From: Actinomycetes bacterium
GTDB taxonomy: Bacteria > Actinomycetota > Acidimicrobiia > Acidimicrobiales > JAMCPL01
Direction: 5' to 3'
NCBI GenBank assembly: GCA_021816935.1
Contig: JAKAWR010000006.1
Span: 86,977 to 150,976 of the forward strand
DNA length: 64,000 nucleotides
Translations under genes and position numbers: made by a program
In this document: positions 1 to 10,357 of the stretch, in pieces
How positions within the stretch are numbered: position 1 is the first letter of the stretch
Layout of the letters: each line of letters begins with the position of its first letter
The notes under the pieces: generated by a model
Database searches by the model: none
What the model was told of the DNA's origin: nothing
What the model saw: only the letters and a program-made list of their open reading frames with translations

Positions 1-1221
1 TTCGAAGCTCATCTGGTTCTCGAGACCGGCCACCTTGACCACCGCACCCTCCGGGGCAAGCGATCCCCGCAGGATCGCGATCCCGCCGTCCTGGTGGATG
101 GGAGCGGTGAGCGGGTGCATGACCTCGCCGTCAGGGGCCGGTGGTTGCAGCTCGTCGAGGTTCTCGGACACGGTCCTGCCCGTCACGGTGAGGCAGTCGC
201 CGTCGAGGAGCCCCGCGCCGAGCAGCTCCCGCATCACGGCGGGCACACCCCCTACGCGGTCCAGGTCGCTCATGTGGAAGCGGCCGTGCGGCTTCATGTC
301 GCAGAGGTGGGGGACCCTCTTGCCTATCCGCTCGAAATCGTCGAGAGAGAGCGGCACCTCGGCCTCGCGGGCGATGGCGAGCAGGTGGAGGACCGCGTTG
401 GTCGAGCCTCCGATCGCCATCACTACAGCGATCGCATTCTCGAAGGCTGCCTTCGTCATGATCTTGCGCGGCGTCAGTCTCTTTTCGAGGAGGCCGACGA
501 CCGCTGTGCCGCAACTGTAGGCGAAGCCATCCCGCCGCTCGTCCACGGCGGGAGCGGAGGCGCTTCCAGGGAGGCACATACCCAACGCCTCGGCTGCCGA
601 CGACATCGTGTTGGCGGTGAACATTCCCGCACAGGAGCCCTCGGTCGGGCAGGCGTTCCGCTCGATCTCGTCGAGCTCGGCATCGGACATCCGGCCCGTA
701 GCGTGGGCGCCGACTGCTTCGAAAACGCTGACGATGTCGAGGGCTTCGCCCCTCCGATGTCCCGGCATGATCGTGCCCGCGTACAGGAAAACAGCGGGTA
801 CGTCGATGCGGGCGGCGGCCATCAGCATGCCGGGGAGAGACTTGTCGCAACCCGCCAGGGTGACCATTGCGTCGAAGCGCTCAGCGTGCATCATCGTCTC
901 GACTGAATCGGCGATCACCTCTCGTGACACGAGCGAAGCACGCATCCCCTCGTGGCCCATAGAGATGCCGTCGGACACCGCTATCGTGGTGAACTCGATC
1001 GGGTAGCCGCCCGCCGCCCGGACGCCCTCCTTTGCTTTCTTGGCGAGGCGATCGAGAGGCATGTTGCAGGGTGTGACCTCGTTCCACGACGAGGCGACTG
1101 CCACTTGCGGCTTGTCCCAGTCGGCGTCGGTCATCCCGATGGCGCGGAGCATTGCACGCGCGGGTGCCCGCTTGGGGCCGTCCGTGACTTCGTAGCTGCG
1201 TATCTTGAGCGGGTTACTCAT
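1..1221 (-). CDS. ilvD: Dihydroxy-acid dehydratase; N-terminal ~407 aa, C-terminus cut by the window edge
   Basis: My reverse-strand translation from the ATG at 1221-1219 reads [56 protein letters not shown]...[34 protein letters not shown]...[21 protein letters not shown]. These are IlvD/Edd family signatures. It is absent from the ORF track because there is no stop codon inside the window. Confidence 0.9.
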   Translation of the reverse strand, partial: MSNPLKIRSYEVTDGPKRAPARAMLRAIGMTDADWDKPQVAVASSWNEVTPCNMPLDRLAKKAKEGVRAAGGYPIEFTTIAVSDGISMGHEGMRASLVSREVIADSVETMMHAERFDAMVTLAGCDKSLPGMLMAAARIDVPAVFLYAGTIMPGHRRGEALDIVSVFEAVGAHATGRMSDAELDEIERNACPTEGSCAGMFTANTMSSAAEALGMCLPGSASAPAVDERRDGFAYSCGTAVVGLLEKRLTPRKIMTKAAFENAIAVVMAIGGSTNAVLHLLAIAREAEVPLSLDDFERIGKRVPHLCDMKPHGRFHMSDLDRVGGVPAVMRELLGAGLLDGDCLTVTGRTVSENLDELQPPAPDGEVMHPLTAPIHQDGGIAILRGSLAPEGAVVKVAGLENQMSFE

Positions 1222-1413
1222 AGTGACGAGGTTAGCCTCTCCGCGGATGCCCTTTGGTTGGCGGGAGCAGCTACTGCGGCGTGTTAAGGTGCCCGGGAGG
1301 CGGCGGAAGCCGCCGGAATGCCGAGACGCCGGAGCGATGCCCGGACTTCGCGGGCCGGTGCAATTTATGGAGGCGACCACGTGGTAGCAGGTGAGAAGCA
1401 GGCGGCGGCAGGA

Positions 1414-2175
1414 GTGAAGAGATCGTCCGGCCGCGAGGCGGATGAGTTGCGCTCGGTCAGCTACGAGCGGGATTTCACAGCGGCGGTTGCGGGTTCAGTC
1501 CTCGTCCGGATGGGCGACACCGCAGTGCTTTGCACCGCATCGGTCGAGCCGGGTGTACCGCCGTGGCTGAGGGGAACCGGCCGGGGATGGGTAACGGCGG
1601 AGTACTCGCTGTTGCCAGGCTCCACGCCTGAGCGGGCGAGGCGGGAGGCGGCGAAGGGTCGTCCGTCAGGGCGAACCCAGGAGATCCAGCGCCTGATCGG
1701 CCGCTCACTCCGTGCGGTGGTCGATCTGAGGGAGTTGTCCGAGATGCAGGTGACGGTCGACTGTGATGCTCTGCAAGCGGACGGAGGGACACGCACGGCC
1801 TCGATCTGTGGCGGCTACCTGGCGCTTCACGATGCTTTTGTCAGGCTCGTGGATCAGGGAGCTCTAGCGCGTAATCCCATTGTCGAAACGGTTGCCGCTA
1901 TATCGGTGGGCGTCGTGGACGGGATGTGCCTGCTCGACCTCGACTACGCCGAGGATTCCCGGGCCGACGTCGACATGAACGTCGTCCAGACCGGCTCGGG
2001 CCGTTTCGTGGAGGTCCAGGGCACTGCCGAAGGCCAGCCTTTCGGTCGCGAGCAACTGGACGAGTTGCTCGAGTTGGCCGGTACCGGCATTGCAGAGCTC
2101 ACCGCCCTCGAAGCCGCGTATGTGGCGACGCCGCCCGAGCCGCGCCCGATCATTACAGGACGCGATCGCAGGTGA
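1414..2175 (+). CDS. rph: Ribonuclease PH
   Basis: The ORF 1318-2175 contains [17 protein letters not shown]...[47 protein letters not shown]...[23 protein letters not shown], typical of RNase PH. The in-frame GTG at 1414 gives a normal length. The start could lie anywhere between 1318 and 1414. Confidence 0.9.
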   Translation: MKRSSGREADELRSVSYERDFTAAVAGSVLVRMGDTAVLCTASVEPGVPPWLRGTGRGWVTAEYSLLPGSTPERARREAAKGRPSGRTQEIQRLIGRSLRAVVDLRELSEMQVTVDCDALQADGGTRTASICGGYLALHDAFVRLVDQGALARNPIVETVAAISVGVVDGMCLLDLDYAEDSRADVDMNVVQTGSGRFVEVQGTAEGQPFGREQLDELLELAGTGIAELTALEAAYVATPPEPRPIITGRDRR

Positions 2176-2274
2176 GTCCTGGGCACGGCCATTTGCCGCG
2201 TCCCGTGTTGACCTGACGATCGCGATTTGGGAGGTCTGGCGGAGCCGTCCAGCGGTTGACGCTCCGGCGAGGGG

Positions 2275-4047
2275 TCAGCCGGGAGTTGACCAGCTCGGTA
2301 GGTTGATCTCGTAGCCCGGATCGGCGGCGCCGTCCGAGAGGGGAAGCGCCCTGGCCTGAGCCTCGGCAATCCTCGACGGCCTGTTCCCCTCGTCGGATAT
2401 CCTCACGAGGATCGCTATCAGCACGTAGTTGCCCACGAGCGAGGAGCCTCCGTATGCGATGAAGGGGAGCGCGAGGCCGGTGAAAGGGAAAAGCCTCGTG
2501 ATTCCTCCCATGATGAAGAACGCCTGCATGGACAGTATTACCACGAGCCCGGTGGCGAGCAGCTTCGAGAAGTCGGATCGTGCCTGCTGCGCGGCGCGAA
2601 GCCCCGTTCCCAGGAAGAGCAGGAAGAGGAAGACCACCGTTGCGGCGCCGAGGAGCCCGAGCTCCTCCCCGATAATCGAGAAGATCATGTCTGTCGAGGC
2701 GAAGGGGACGAAGCGTGGTTGGCCCAGGCCGAGCCCGGTGCCGGCTATTCCCCCCGTACCGAGAGAGTAAAGACCCTGGACTATCTGGTAGCCGCTGGTC
2801 TGAGCGTGGCTGAAGGGGTGGATCCAGGCCGTGATCCGCTCCTGGACCTGAGGCAGCAGCCTGATTCCCACCTCTAGGCCGGCGGCAAACAGGGCCGTCC
2901 CGAAGACGATCCAGCGGTACTGGCCGGTGGCAACCCAGAAGATCGCCACGAAAAATGCGAAGAGCAGTATCCCGAAGCCTACGTTGCGCTCGGCGACGAG
3001 GACGAGAAGGCTGAGAGCGGCCGCTGCAACTATCGGGCCGAGCGGTGCGGGATCGACTACCAGGCGGTTGCCGAAGCGTCGAGTAGGGATTCGCAGCATC
3101 TCCTGCTTCTCGCTGAAGTACGACGCGAAGAAGATCGCGAGGAGTATTTTCGCAAGCTCGATCGGCTGGCCCTCGATCGGTCCGGCGTGGACGAACAGCC
3201 TCTCACCGTAGATGTCGACGCCCAAGCCGGGCACGAGCGGCGCGAGGATGAGTCCGATCGCTGCTAGCAGGAGTATGTAGCGGTAGCGGTCGAGATCCCG
3301 GGAGCGCCGTACGACCAGCAGGGTCAGGCCGTAGAGGATCAGGCTGACGCCCGTCCATACCGCCTGCAACTTAGCCTCGGCGGGGTCGATCCGCAGGATC
3401 ATCACGCCCCCGAGCCCGTTGCCCAGTGCGGCAAGCGGGAGGAAGGCGGCGCTGGCATCGGGGGCCAGGAAGCGGTTGATCATGTGGGCCACAAAGGCCA
3501 CGCCGAGCAGCGCACCGATGAATACTCCGAGATGGGCCGGCGGCCGGCTTCGGGTGTCGAGCTCCAGGATGGTATAGAGGCCCGCGATGATCAGGGCGAC
3601 TAGGACGAGCAGGCCGAGCTCGGTGCGCCGTTTCGGCTTCCGGCGGCGCACTTTCTTCTCGCGTTCCTGTGTCCTGATCCCGCCCGTGACGGCTCCGCCC
3701 GTGACGGCTCCGCCCGTGACGGCTCCGCCCGTGACGGCTCCGCCCGTGACGGCTCCGCCCGTGACGGCTCCGCCCGTGACGGCTCCGCCTCCGGCAACGG
3801 AGGCCGCCCCCCCAGACCTTCTGCTGCCGGCCTGCGTGGAGGAAGCCTTCACGGAGAACGTTGCAGAGCTACTGCCGGCAACCCGGCTCACGGGACGTTG
3901 GCTCGTCGTGCCGTCGTGCCGTCCGGCGTCAGGCGAACGGGATTCGCGCTGCACGCGATCTTTGCTGTCCACCGGACCTAGCCTAATGCCTGCAAGGTCT
4001 GCGTAAAGGGTCCGCTCAGTCTCGTAACCACCGGGGAAGGAGTACAA
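2275..4047 (-). CDS. SEDS-family peptidoglycan polymerase (FtsW/RodA/SpoVE) with a long low-complexity N-terminal tail
   Basis: It is polytopic and carries the SEDS motifs GQPIELAKILLAIFFASYF and DMIFSIIGEELGLLGAA. About 140 aa of N-terminal extension include GGAVT x7. The longest-ORF start at 4047 is only 8 nt from the longest-ORF start of the divergent ppk gene, so the true start of at least one of the two is probably internal. Confidence 0.85.
   Translation of the reverse strand: MYSFPGGYETERTLYADLAGIRLGPVDSKDRVQRESRSPDAGRHDGTTSQRPVSRVAGSSSATFSVKASSTQAGSRRSGGAASVAGGGAVTGGAVTGGAVTGGAVTGGAVTGGAVTGGAVTGGIRTQEREKKVRRRKPKRRTELGLLVLVALIIAGLYTILELDTRSRPPAHLGVFIGALLGVAFVAHMINRFLAPDASAAFLPLAALGNGLGGVMILRIDPAEAKLQAVWTGVSLILYGLTLLVVRRSRDLDRYRYILLLAAIGLILAPLVPGLGVDIYGERLFVHAGPIEGQPIELAKILLAIFFASYFSEKQEMLRIPTRRFGNRLVVDPAPLGPIVAAAALSLLVLVAERNVGFGILLFAFFVAIFWVATGQYRWIVFGTALFAAGLEVGIRLLPQVQERITAWIHPFSHAQTSGYQIVQGLYSLGTGGIAGTGLGLGQPRFVPFASTDMIFSIIGEELGLLGAATVVFLFLLFLGTGLRAAQQARSDFSKLLATGLVVILSMQAFFIMGGITRLFPFTGLALPFIAYGGSSLVGNYVLIAILVRISDEGNRPSRIAEAQARALPLSDGAADPGYEINLPSWSTPG
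3681..3785. repeat. Perfect 15-bp tandem repeat x7 (cgcccgtgacggctc), in frame within the SEDS gene
   Basis: Read directly: seven identical 15-bp units from 3681 to 3785, followed by a partial eighth (cgcc). On the minus strand they encode (AVTGG)x7. Confidence 0.95.
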
Positions 4048-4055
4048 TCGGGCGC

Positions 4056-6305
4056 GTGACGTCTACACCAGAGGGTGCTCCTGCCGGCGTCGCTCTTACT
4101 ATTGGAGCGGTCGCGGTACCGACATGGCAGGATCAATATGGGGGAGCGGAAGTGCAGGCGACCGACCGCGATGACCGGTACGCAGCCGTCGGGGAAGATC
4201 AGGCCGCTACGGGATCGGGTGATCCGGTCCGCAGCTTCGACCCGGCCGACCTCGGTCCGTCGCGCTTTTCCAATAGGGAGACCTCATGGCTGGCGTTCGC
4301 CTCCCGCCTGCTCGACCTCGTGGCGGACAGGGCACTACCGCTGCTCGAGCGGGTGAAGTTCATGGCCATTTTCTCGGAGGGCATGGACGAGTTCTTCCAG
4401 GTCAGGGTGGCGGGCCTCGAAGACCAGGTGGACGCTGGCGTGAGGACCAGGCAGGCGGATGGGATGCGCCCGCAGGAGGTCCTGGACGCGGTCCGTTCCG
4501 CGGTAATCGAGCTGATGCGGAGGCAGGACGCTCTTTACTACGACGAGCTCATCCCATCGCTCGAGGAGGTGGGAATCAGCGTCTCGGACTGGTCGACGCT
4601 CGGTGCAGATCAGCAGGACTATCTCAACGCGCTGTTCGAGCGGGATATCTTTCCGGTACTCACACCACTGTCGGTCGATCCGGGCCACCCCTTCCCCTAC
4701 ATCTCCAACTTGTCGCTCAATCTGATGGTGTACGTGGCCGACCAGGATAGCGATGAGGAGCGCATAGCCAGGGTGAAGGTCCCCCCGAGCCTGCCGCGGT
4801 TCCTCTCGACTCCCGACGGGGTCCACAACGTGGCGCTGGAGCAGGTCATTGCGGCCCAGCTGCAGCGGCTTTTCCCGGGGATGGAGGTGGGCGATACCTG
4901 TTTCTTCCGCGTCACCCGGAACTCGGACCTGAACGTGGCGGAGGACGAGGCCGACGATCTTCTCGATGCGGTCGAACTGGAGCTGCATAGGCGGCGCTTC
5001 GGTGCCGTCGCCAGGCTGGAAGTGCAGGCCGGAATGCCGGATCGGCTTCGGGAGATCCTGCGCGGCGAGCTGGCACTCGACGAAGGCGACATCTACGAGT
5101 CAGCTGCACCTCTCGGGCTGGGCGGCCTGTGGGCCCTGTACAGTCTCGACCGTCCCGACCTCCATGAGGAGACGTGGTCCCCGACGACGCCTTACCCGCT
5201 GGCGGACGGGGCTGCCTACCAGCCGGATCTTTTCTCGGCAGTTCGCAGAGAGGACCTCCTCGTTCACCATCCATACGACTCCTTTGCCGCATCCGTGGAG
5301 GCGTTCCTGTCGCAGGCCGCTGCCGATCCCCAGGTGGTGGCGATCAAGCAGACCCTCTACCGGACCTCGGGCGACAGCCCGATCGTCAGCTCTCTCGTAG
5401 ACGCGGCGAGAGCCGGCAAGCAGGTAGCTGCGGTGATCGAGCTGAAAGCCCGCTTCGATGAGGAGAACAACATCAGCTGGGCAAGAACGCTTGAAGAGGC
5501 GGGAGTCCATGTTGTGTACGGGATCGCCGGGTTGAAGGTCCACTCGAAGACGCTGCTTGTGGCCCGGCGCGAGGACGACGGCATCCGGCGGTACTGCCAT
5601 GTGGGCACCGGCAACTACAATCCCAAGACTGCGAGGACTTACGAGGACCTTGGGTTGCTCTCGGCGGACCCGCAGCTGGTTCAGGACGTGGGTGACCTAT
5701 TCAACTTCCTGACGGGCTTCTCCAAGCAGGTCGACTACGGGCGCCTGGTGGTGTCGCCTGCGCAGACCCGGAAGCGGCTCATCGAGCTTATCCAAGGTGA
5801 GCAGGCAAAGGGGGAGTCCGGCCGAATAGTGATGAAGGTGAACGGGCTGACCGATGTGGAGATAATCGATGCTCTCTACCGGGCTTCGTCGGCGGGGGTC
5901 CGCACCGACCTGATTGTTCGGGGTGTCTGCTCCCTGCGTCCACAGGTTCCTCAGTTGTCGGAGAGTATCCGGGTGAAGTCAATCGTCGGGCGCTTCCTGG
6001 AACACTCGCGGATCTACGCTTTCGGTCAGGAGGGAGACGTTGGTCGCGTTCTTCTAATTGGATCGGCCGACCTGATGGAGCGAAACCTTGATCGGCGCAT
6101 CGAGGCGCTCGTGCCGCTCAGCACGCCCGCCACGAGAGCACGTGTTGAGGAGGTGCTCTCGCTGTGCCTTGCCGACGACGTGAGCTCGTGGTGCCTCGGC
6201 CCGGACGGCATGTGGTCGAAGGAGGCGGCGATCGCGGGGGTGAGCGTCCAGCGGGAGCTGCAGCAGCTGGCACTGAGCCGTGTCCGGGCCAATGCCGTCC
6301 ATTGA
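4056..6305 (+). CDS. ppk: Polyphosphate kinase 1
   Basis: SRFSNRETSWLAFASRLLDLVADRALPLLERVKFMAIFSEGMDEFFQVRVAGL, plus the C-terminal HKD-type region (KVHSKTLLVARRE...HVGTGNYNPKTARTYEDLGLL; RFLEHSRIYAF). The ~70 aa upstream of the conserved core are unconfirmed, so the start is uncertain. Confidence 0.9.
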   Translation: MTSTPEGAPAGVALTIGAVAVPTWQDQYGGAEVQATDRDDRYAAVGEDQAATGSGDPVRSFDPADLGPSRFSNRETSWLAFASRLLDLVADRALPLLERVKFMAIFSEGMDEFFQVRVAGLEDQVDAGVRTRQADGMRPQEVLDAVRSAVIELMRRQDALYYDELIPSLEEVGISVSDWSTLGADQQDYLNALFERDIFPVLTPLSVDPGHPFPYISNLSLNLMVYVADQDSDEERIARVKVPPSLPRFLSTPDGVHNVALEQVIAAQLQRLFPGMEVGDTCFFRVTRNSDLNVAEDEADDLLDAVELELHRRRFGAVARLEVQAGMPDRLREILRGELALDEGDIYESAAPLGLGGLWALYSLDRPDLHEETWSPTTPYPLADGAAYQPDLFSAVRREDLLVHHPYDSFAASVEAFLSQAAADPQVVAIKQTLYRTSGDSPIVSSLVDAARAGKQVAAVIELKARFDEENNISWARTLEEAGVHVVYGIAGLKVHSKTLLVARREDDGIRRYCHVGTGNYNPKTARTYEDLGLLSADPQLVQDVGDLFNFLTGFSKQVDYGRLVVSPAQTRKRLIELIQGEQAKGESGRIVMKVNGLTDVEIIDALYRASSAGVRTDLIVRGVCSLRPQVPQLSESIRVKSIVGRFLEHSRIYAFGQEGDVGRVLLIGSADLMERNLDRRIEALVPLSTPATRARVEEVLSLCLADDVSSWCLGPDGMWSKEAAIAGVSVQRELQQLALSRVRANAVH

Positions 6306-6557
6306 GCCGTGTCCGGGCCGGCGCTCCATATCGAGCGTGCCCGGGTCGATGCCTCCTGACGATGCCGACCTGGGGTAGGTGCCAAGGCCCGTTGACGTGG
6401 CTTCTCCGAGTGTCACTACCTGGGGCATCCAGCCGGATCGCGTGGAGTGCCGACGGAACGTTCGTATGCGCCAGGATCACGACTCCGACAGGTCCGCCCC
6501 TCGAGCGCGGCGTTGTGCACCTGCCTGGACACCGGGAGACGAGGCTGTCGCGGCCGG

Positions 6558-7718
6558 TCAGGCGGGCCCGGCCGGCCCGAAGAGGTCCCGATCTCGTAGC
6601 CGCCCGTGGCCGTTTCTCCTCGACACCCTCAGCGAGAGGTAGGTAATCCCCCCGGCGGGGATCGGCAGCCAGAAGTTCACGAACCGGTACCCGAGTACGG
6701 CGAGGATCGCCGCCGTCTTCGGTACGCCGAAGCCGTGAAGCGTTGGGATGAGCACTCCCTCGATGATGCCGAGGCCGCCCGGTGTGATCGGCAGGACGGC
6801 GAGGATGTTCGCCAGGCCGTAGGCGACAAGCAGGTCTATCGGCATGAGGGTCTTGCCGAAAGCGAGAATGAAAACCCAGAGCGAGGCGGCATCGAGGAGC
6901 CAGTTCGCCGCCGCCCACATGATGGCTCTTCTCATCAGGCGGGGGTTTACAAGAAGACTGTGAAACCTGTCTGCGATCTGGCGGAGCAGGTTGGTGAGCT
7001 TTGCCTCCGGAAGCAGGGGAATCTTTCTCGCCAACCGGCCGGCCAGCTGGACCGTGCGCTCTCTTCCTTTCATGGTGAGGTAAACCACCGCCCCGAAGAT
7101 GGCGAGCATCAAGGTGCCGATGCCGGCGGCTATGCCGTAGAGCGGTTGGTACCCGTAGAGCGGAATCGATACGACAAGGGCCACCCAGAAGATGCCGTTC
7201 AGCACGATTGCCGAGCCGACGCCCTGGATGGTGAGCGCATAGGTGGCGTTGACAGGCGTGACGTCCTCCTGGGTGAGTAGCCGGTAGCCGAGAGCGGTCC
7301 CCGGGCCCGTACCTCCCGGCACGATGTGGCTGAGGGCGAGTGTCGACAGGTTGATCCTTGCCAGCCGGGTCCTTCGTGGCTTCGGGTCGGGCATTACCGT
7401 GTGGGTGAGCTGAACGTAGGCAACCAGAGCCGCGACCTCTAGACCGAGACCGAGAACGAGTATGCCCACGTTTGCGGACCCGAGCGCATGAAGGGATTTC
7501 TTGATACCGGGTATCAGGGGAAGGACGGCGTACTCGACCACGAGGGCCATGATCAAGAGGACCGCCATGTGGCGGATCAGGCGGAGAATCCGCCGGCCGA
7601 GGGAGCGGACCGGGCGGTGCGCTGTCGGGACAGCCGTAGCTGCGTCATCCGGCTCCGGGGTTCCGTCCACGGCGTGCTCACGGCCTGTGGAGCCTTCCTG
7701 CAGGTCGTCGTAGCCCAC
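6558..7718 (-). CDS. Polytopic membrane protein, UPF0104 / lysyl-PG-synthase transmembrane-region-like (flippase-like) family
   Basis: Multiple TM helices and the family-typical C-terminal motif LANILAVLPITPGGLGIIEGVLIP. The longest ORF reaches 8054 but overlaps the divergent transporter gene. An in-frame GTG at 7718 or the Met at 7568 is more plausible. Confidence 0.6.
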   Translation of the reverse strand: MGYDDLQEGSTGREHAVDGTPEPDDAATAVPTAHRPVRSLGRRILRLIRHMAVLLIMALVVEYAVLPLIPGIKKSLHALGSANVGILVLGLGLEVAALVAYVQLTHTVMPDPKPRRTRLARINLSTLALSHIVPGGTGPGTALGYRLLTQEDVTPVNATYALTIQGVGSAIVLNGIFWVALVVSIPLYGYQPLYGIAAGIGTLMLAIFGAVVYLTMKGRERTVQLAGRLARKIPLLPEAKLTNLLRQIADRFHSLLVNPRLMRRAIMWAAANWLLDAASLWVFILAFGKTLMPIDLLVAYGLANILAVLPITPGGLGIIEGVLIPTLHGFGVPKTAAILAVLGYRFVNFWLPIPAGGITYLSLRVSRRNGHGRLRDRDLFGPAGPA

Positions 7719-7814
7719 CCGTCTATGTTGCCACGCCGCAGTACCGGCGAGCGGGATCCCTGCCGGGTTAGAGCATTCGCGGGCGGGTCGGCCAAAAGGT
7801 GCAAAGCTGGTGGG

Positions 7815-9089
7815 ATGATCGAATCGGGAGACCCGCCGGCGCAGGGTTCCCAGCGTGACTCGATGCTGTCCCGGTTCGTATCGGGATCGGGCGACCGTCC
7901 GGGAGTCGTTCGCACGATCCTTGCTGCTGATGGGATCCTCGTTGCCACCGTGGTCGCCGGGTGGCTCGTGGTCCAGCTTCGCCACATCATCCTCGAGGCC
8001 GTTATTGCCGCCTTTGCGGCGATGCTGCTCAACCCGTTCGTGCGCCTGCTGCAACAGCGCCGGTTAAGGAGGGGAGCAGCAGCAGGTTTGGTCTTCGCGG
8101 CGGGGGTTCTCGTGCTGCTGGGCTTGGCGGGGCTATTCGGATACCCTCTCGTCACGGCCGTGACTCACTTCGCTAAGGAGATCCCGAAGCTCGTATCGGA
8201 TGCCGAGCACCACAGGGGCAGGATCGGGCATCTGATCGGTCGGTACCACATCGACAGCTGGGTGAAGAAGAACGCGCCGAAGCTGACGGATCTGGCGAAG
8301 AAGATATCGGCACCCGCGCTCTCCATTGGCAAGGCGACGATTTCGGCATTGACGACCCTCGTGACGATGGCAATGCTTACCCTGCTCATCATGCTGGAGG
8401 CTCCGAAAATCTCCCGGAGCATCCTTTCGTCTGTCCGTCTCGACCGTGCGGAAAGGATGAAGGCAACCGGTAAGGCCATCGAGCGGGCAGCGGTCGGCTA
8501 CATGTTCGGCGACATGCTGACGTCGGCAATTGCAGGTGTCGTGATGCTGGTGTTCATGCTGATTCTCGGGGTTCCCTTTGCCGTCCTACTCGCAGGGTGG
8601 GTTGCGCTCGTGGACATGCTTCCCCTGGTGGGCGGGCTGCTTGCGGGGATCGTGGTTGTGATAGTGGCGCTCATCCATTCGCTCGTGGCCGGGATCGTGA
8701 TCCTCGTGGCTTTTCTCGTTTACCAGCAGGTAGAGAACCACGTGCTGAATCCCGTGGTGATGTCGAAGACGGTGCGGGTAAGCCCGCTCTGGGTCTTGGT
8801 GGCGGTCCTGGTGGGAGTCAATCTCGGAGGTGAGATCGACTCCGCCATCGGAGCGTTCTTCGGGGCGATCATGGCCATACCGGCCGCCGGGGCCATCCAG
8901 GTGATCGGTCGGGAGGTGTCGGCGACGGTGCGCCAGAGGCGTGAGGCGCGATCTGTGTCTCCGGTGCAGGTCGCTGGCGACGATCATGGGGGTAGTGTGG
9001 AGCCGGCGGCACCGGCCGCCTCGGCGGGCTCAGTGGAACTGGCGGCCTCGGCGGGTTCGGGGAGTCCGGTGGAGCCGGCGGGGCTGTGA
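7815..9089 (+). CDS. AI-2E family transporter (PerM/UPF0118)
   Basis: TM-rich sequence: LNPFVRLLQQRRLRRGAAAGLVF...LPLVGGLLAGIVVVIVALIHS...LVYQQVENHVLNPVVMSKTVRVSPLWVLVAV. The ATG at 7815 (MIESGD...) was chosen because the longest ORF (7488) overlaps the neighbouring gene. The C-terminal tail is Ala/Ser/Pro-rich. Confidence 0.8.
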   Translation: MIESGDPPAQGSQRDSMLSRFVSGSGDRPGVVRTILAADGILVATVVAGWLVVQLRHIILEAVIAAFAAMLLNPFVRLLQQRRLRRGAAAGLVFAAGVLVLLGLAGLFGYPLVTAVTHFAKEIPKLVSDAEHHRGRIGHLIGRYHIDSWVKKNAPKLTDLAKKISAPALSIGKATISALTTLVTMAMLTLLIMLEAPKISRSILSSVRLDRAERMKATGKAIERAAVGYMFGDMLTSAIAGVVMLVFMLILGVPFAVLLAGWVALVDMLPLVGGLLAGIVVVIVALIHSLVAGIVILVAFLVYQQVENHVLNPVVMSKTVRVSPLWVLVAVLVGVNLGGEIDSAIGAFFGAIMAIPAAGAIQVIGREVSATVRQRREARSVSPVQVAGDDHGGSVEPAAPAASAGSVELAASAGSGSPVEPAGL

Positions 9090-9117
9090 AGTCTGGGAGC
9101 TGGTGAGGAGATCAGGC

Positions 9118-9903
9118 GTGCGGGTACTGGTAGTACTGCCTACCTACAACGAAGCGGAGAACATAGAAGCAATCCTGAGAGCGATCGATGCGGCGCGGGA
9201 GCGCGGCGGCTCGATCGAGGTGTCCGTTCTAGTGGTGGACGACGGGAGCCCGGACGGCACCGCCGCTATCGCACGGCGCGTGGCAGGCGAGATCGACGGC
9301 ATCCACGTCATGCTGCGGCCTGGTAAGGCCGGGCTCGGTACGGCCTACAAGGAGGGTTTCGTTTGGGGACTGGAAAGGGGTTTCGATTGCCTTCTAGAGA
9401 TGGACTCGGACTTCTCCCACGATCCCGGCGACATCCTGCGTCTCGTGGAGCCTCTCGCGGAGGGGTTCGATCTGGCTGTCGGTTCACGTTACGTGCCGGG
9501 AGGTGAGATCCCCGACTGGCCCTGGTACCGGTGGGCGATATCGCGGGGCGGCAACGTCTACGCAGCTGCGGTCCTCGGGTTCGGAATAAGGGACGCAACC
9601 TCCGGGTACCGGGCGTACAGCGCGGCGATCCTCTCCGAGATCGACCTTCCGAAGGTGAAAGCCGAGGGCTACGGTTTCCAGATCGAGATGGTGAGAGCGG
9701 TTCTGGACTCCGGCGGCAAGGCGACAGAGGTACCCATCAGGTTCGTCGACCGCCAGAAGGGCAAGTCGAAGATGTCTTCGAAGATCGTTATCGAGGCGTT
9801 CCTCCTCGTATCGTGGTGGGGCTTGAAGAAGGCCTTCGGCGCGGGCGCACTTTCTTGCCGCAGGGGCCGGGTCGCGGTCAGCTCGGGCGGCGAGGCGGGA
9901 TAG
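9118..9903 (+). CDS. Polyprenol-phosphate mannosyltransferase (GT2, Ppm1/DPM1-like)
   Basis: VLVVLPTYNEAENIEAILRAI...VLVVDDGSPDGTAAIA...GKAGLGTAYKEGF...EMDSDFSHDP...GSRYVPGG...SGYRAYS...GYGFQIEM. The GTG at 9118 is preceded by GAGGAG at 7 nt. A GTG at 9103 is also possible. Confidence 0.8.
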   Translation: MRVLVVLPTYNEAENIEAILRAIDAARERGGSIEVSVLVVDDGSPDGTAAIARRVAGEIDGIHVMLRPGKAGLGTAYKEGFVWGLERGFDCLLEMDSDFSHDPGDILRLVEPLAEGFDLAVGSRYVPGGEIPDWPWYRWAISRGGNVYAAAVLGFGIRDATSGYRAYSAAILSEIDLPKVKAEGYGFQIEMVRAVLDSGGKATEVPIRFVDRQKGKSKMSSKIVIEAFLLVSWWGLKKAFGAGALSCRRGRVAVSSGGEAG

Positions 9904-9930
9904 TAATGCACTGAATCCCGCCGCCGGCGG

Positions 9931-10290
9931 TCAGTGGAACCAGACGCGCTCGTAACCTCTTGTCATCGGGTGCAGTAGGAGTGCCACGAGGGCGACGCTG
10001 AAAAGTAGCCCGAAGACGTTGATGCCGCCGTTCCACGCCAGCCACGCGACGAGAGTCAGCATGAGGTAGATGACCGAAGCGGCGACCGCAGTGACGTAGC
10101 CCCAGCGCTCGGAGTTGGCTATCCCGTTAGCGGCCACCCCCTCCGCCACGAGAAGCATCGCCGTCGGGATGAAGTAAGCGGCCCCGACTATCATAAAAAG
10201 TACGGTGAGCGCGGCGTTGATGTACAGCAGGATGACCGCAATTTGCAGGGTCTGAGGATGTGCGGCATCGAACCAGCGCCGTTGGGGCAT
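9931..10290 (-). CDS. Small integral membrane protein, unknown function
   Basis: Four predicted hydrophobic helices (MPQRRWFDAAHPQTLQIAVILLYINAALTVLFMIVGAAYF...). The start was set at the internal Met to avoid overlap with the divergent esterase gene. Confidence 0.45.
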   Translation of the reverse strand: MPQRRWFDAAHPQTLQIAVILLYINAALTVLFMIVGAAYFIPTAMLLVAEGVAANGIANSERWGYVTAVAASVIYLMLTLVAWLAWNGGINVFGLLFSVALVALLLHPMTRGYERVWFH

Positions 10291-10357
10291 GCAGCCAGTC
10301 TTACACAGCGGATCGGCCAATGGTGCGCATGGTCCGGAGGGTGAAGGGAGCGACGTG

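Noticed and set aside
3681-3785. Regularly spaced identical 15-bp repeats, checked as a possible CRISPR array.
   Set aside because: The units are directly adjacent with no spacers, are only 15 bp long, and lie in frame inside a SEDS gene. This is a coding minisatellite, not a CRISPR array.
6275-6333. A 29-bp imperfect tandem duplication spanning the ppk stop codon (tgagccgtgtccgggcc twice).
   Set aside because: The duplication is real but short and diverged, and it has no obvious consequence beyond possibly having created the present stop codon. It was not judged worth a separate finding.
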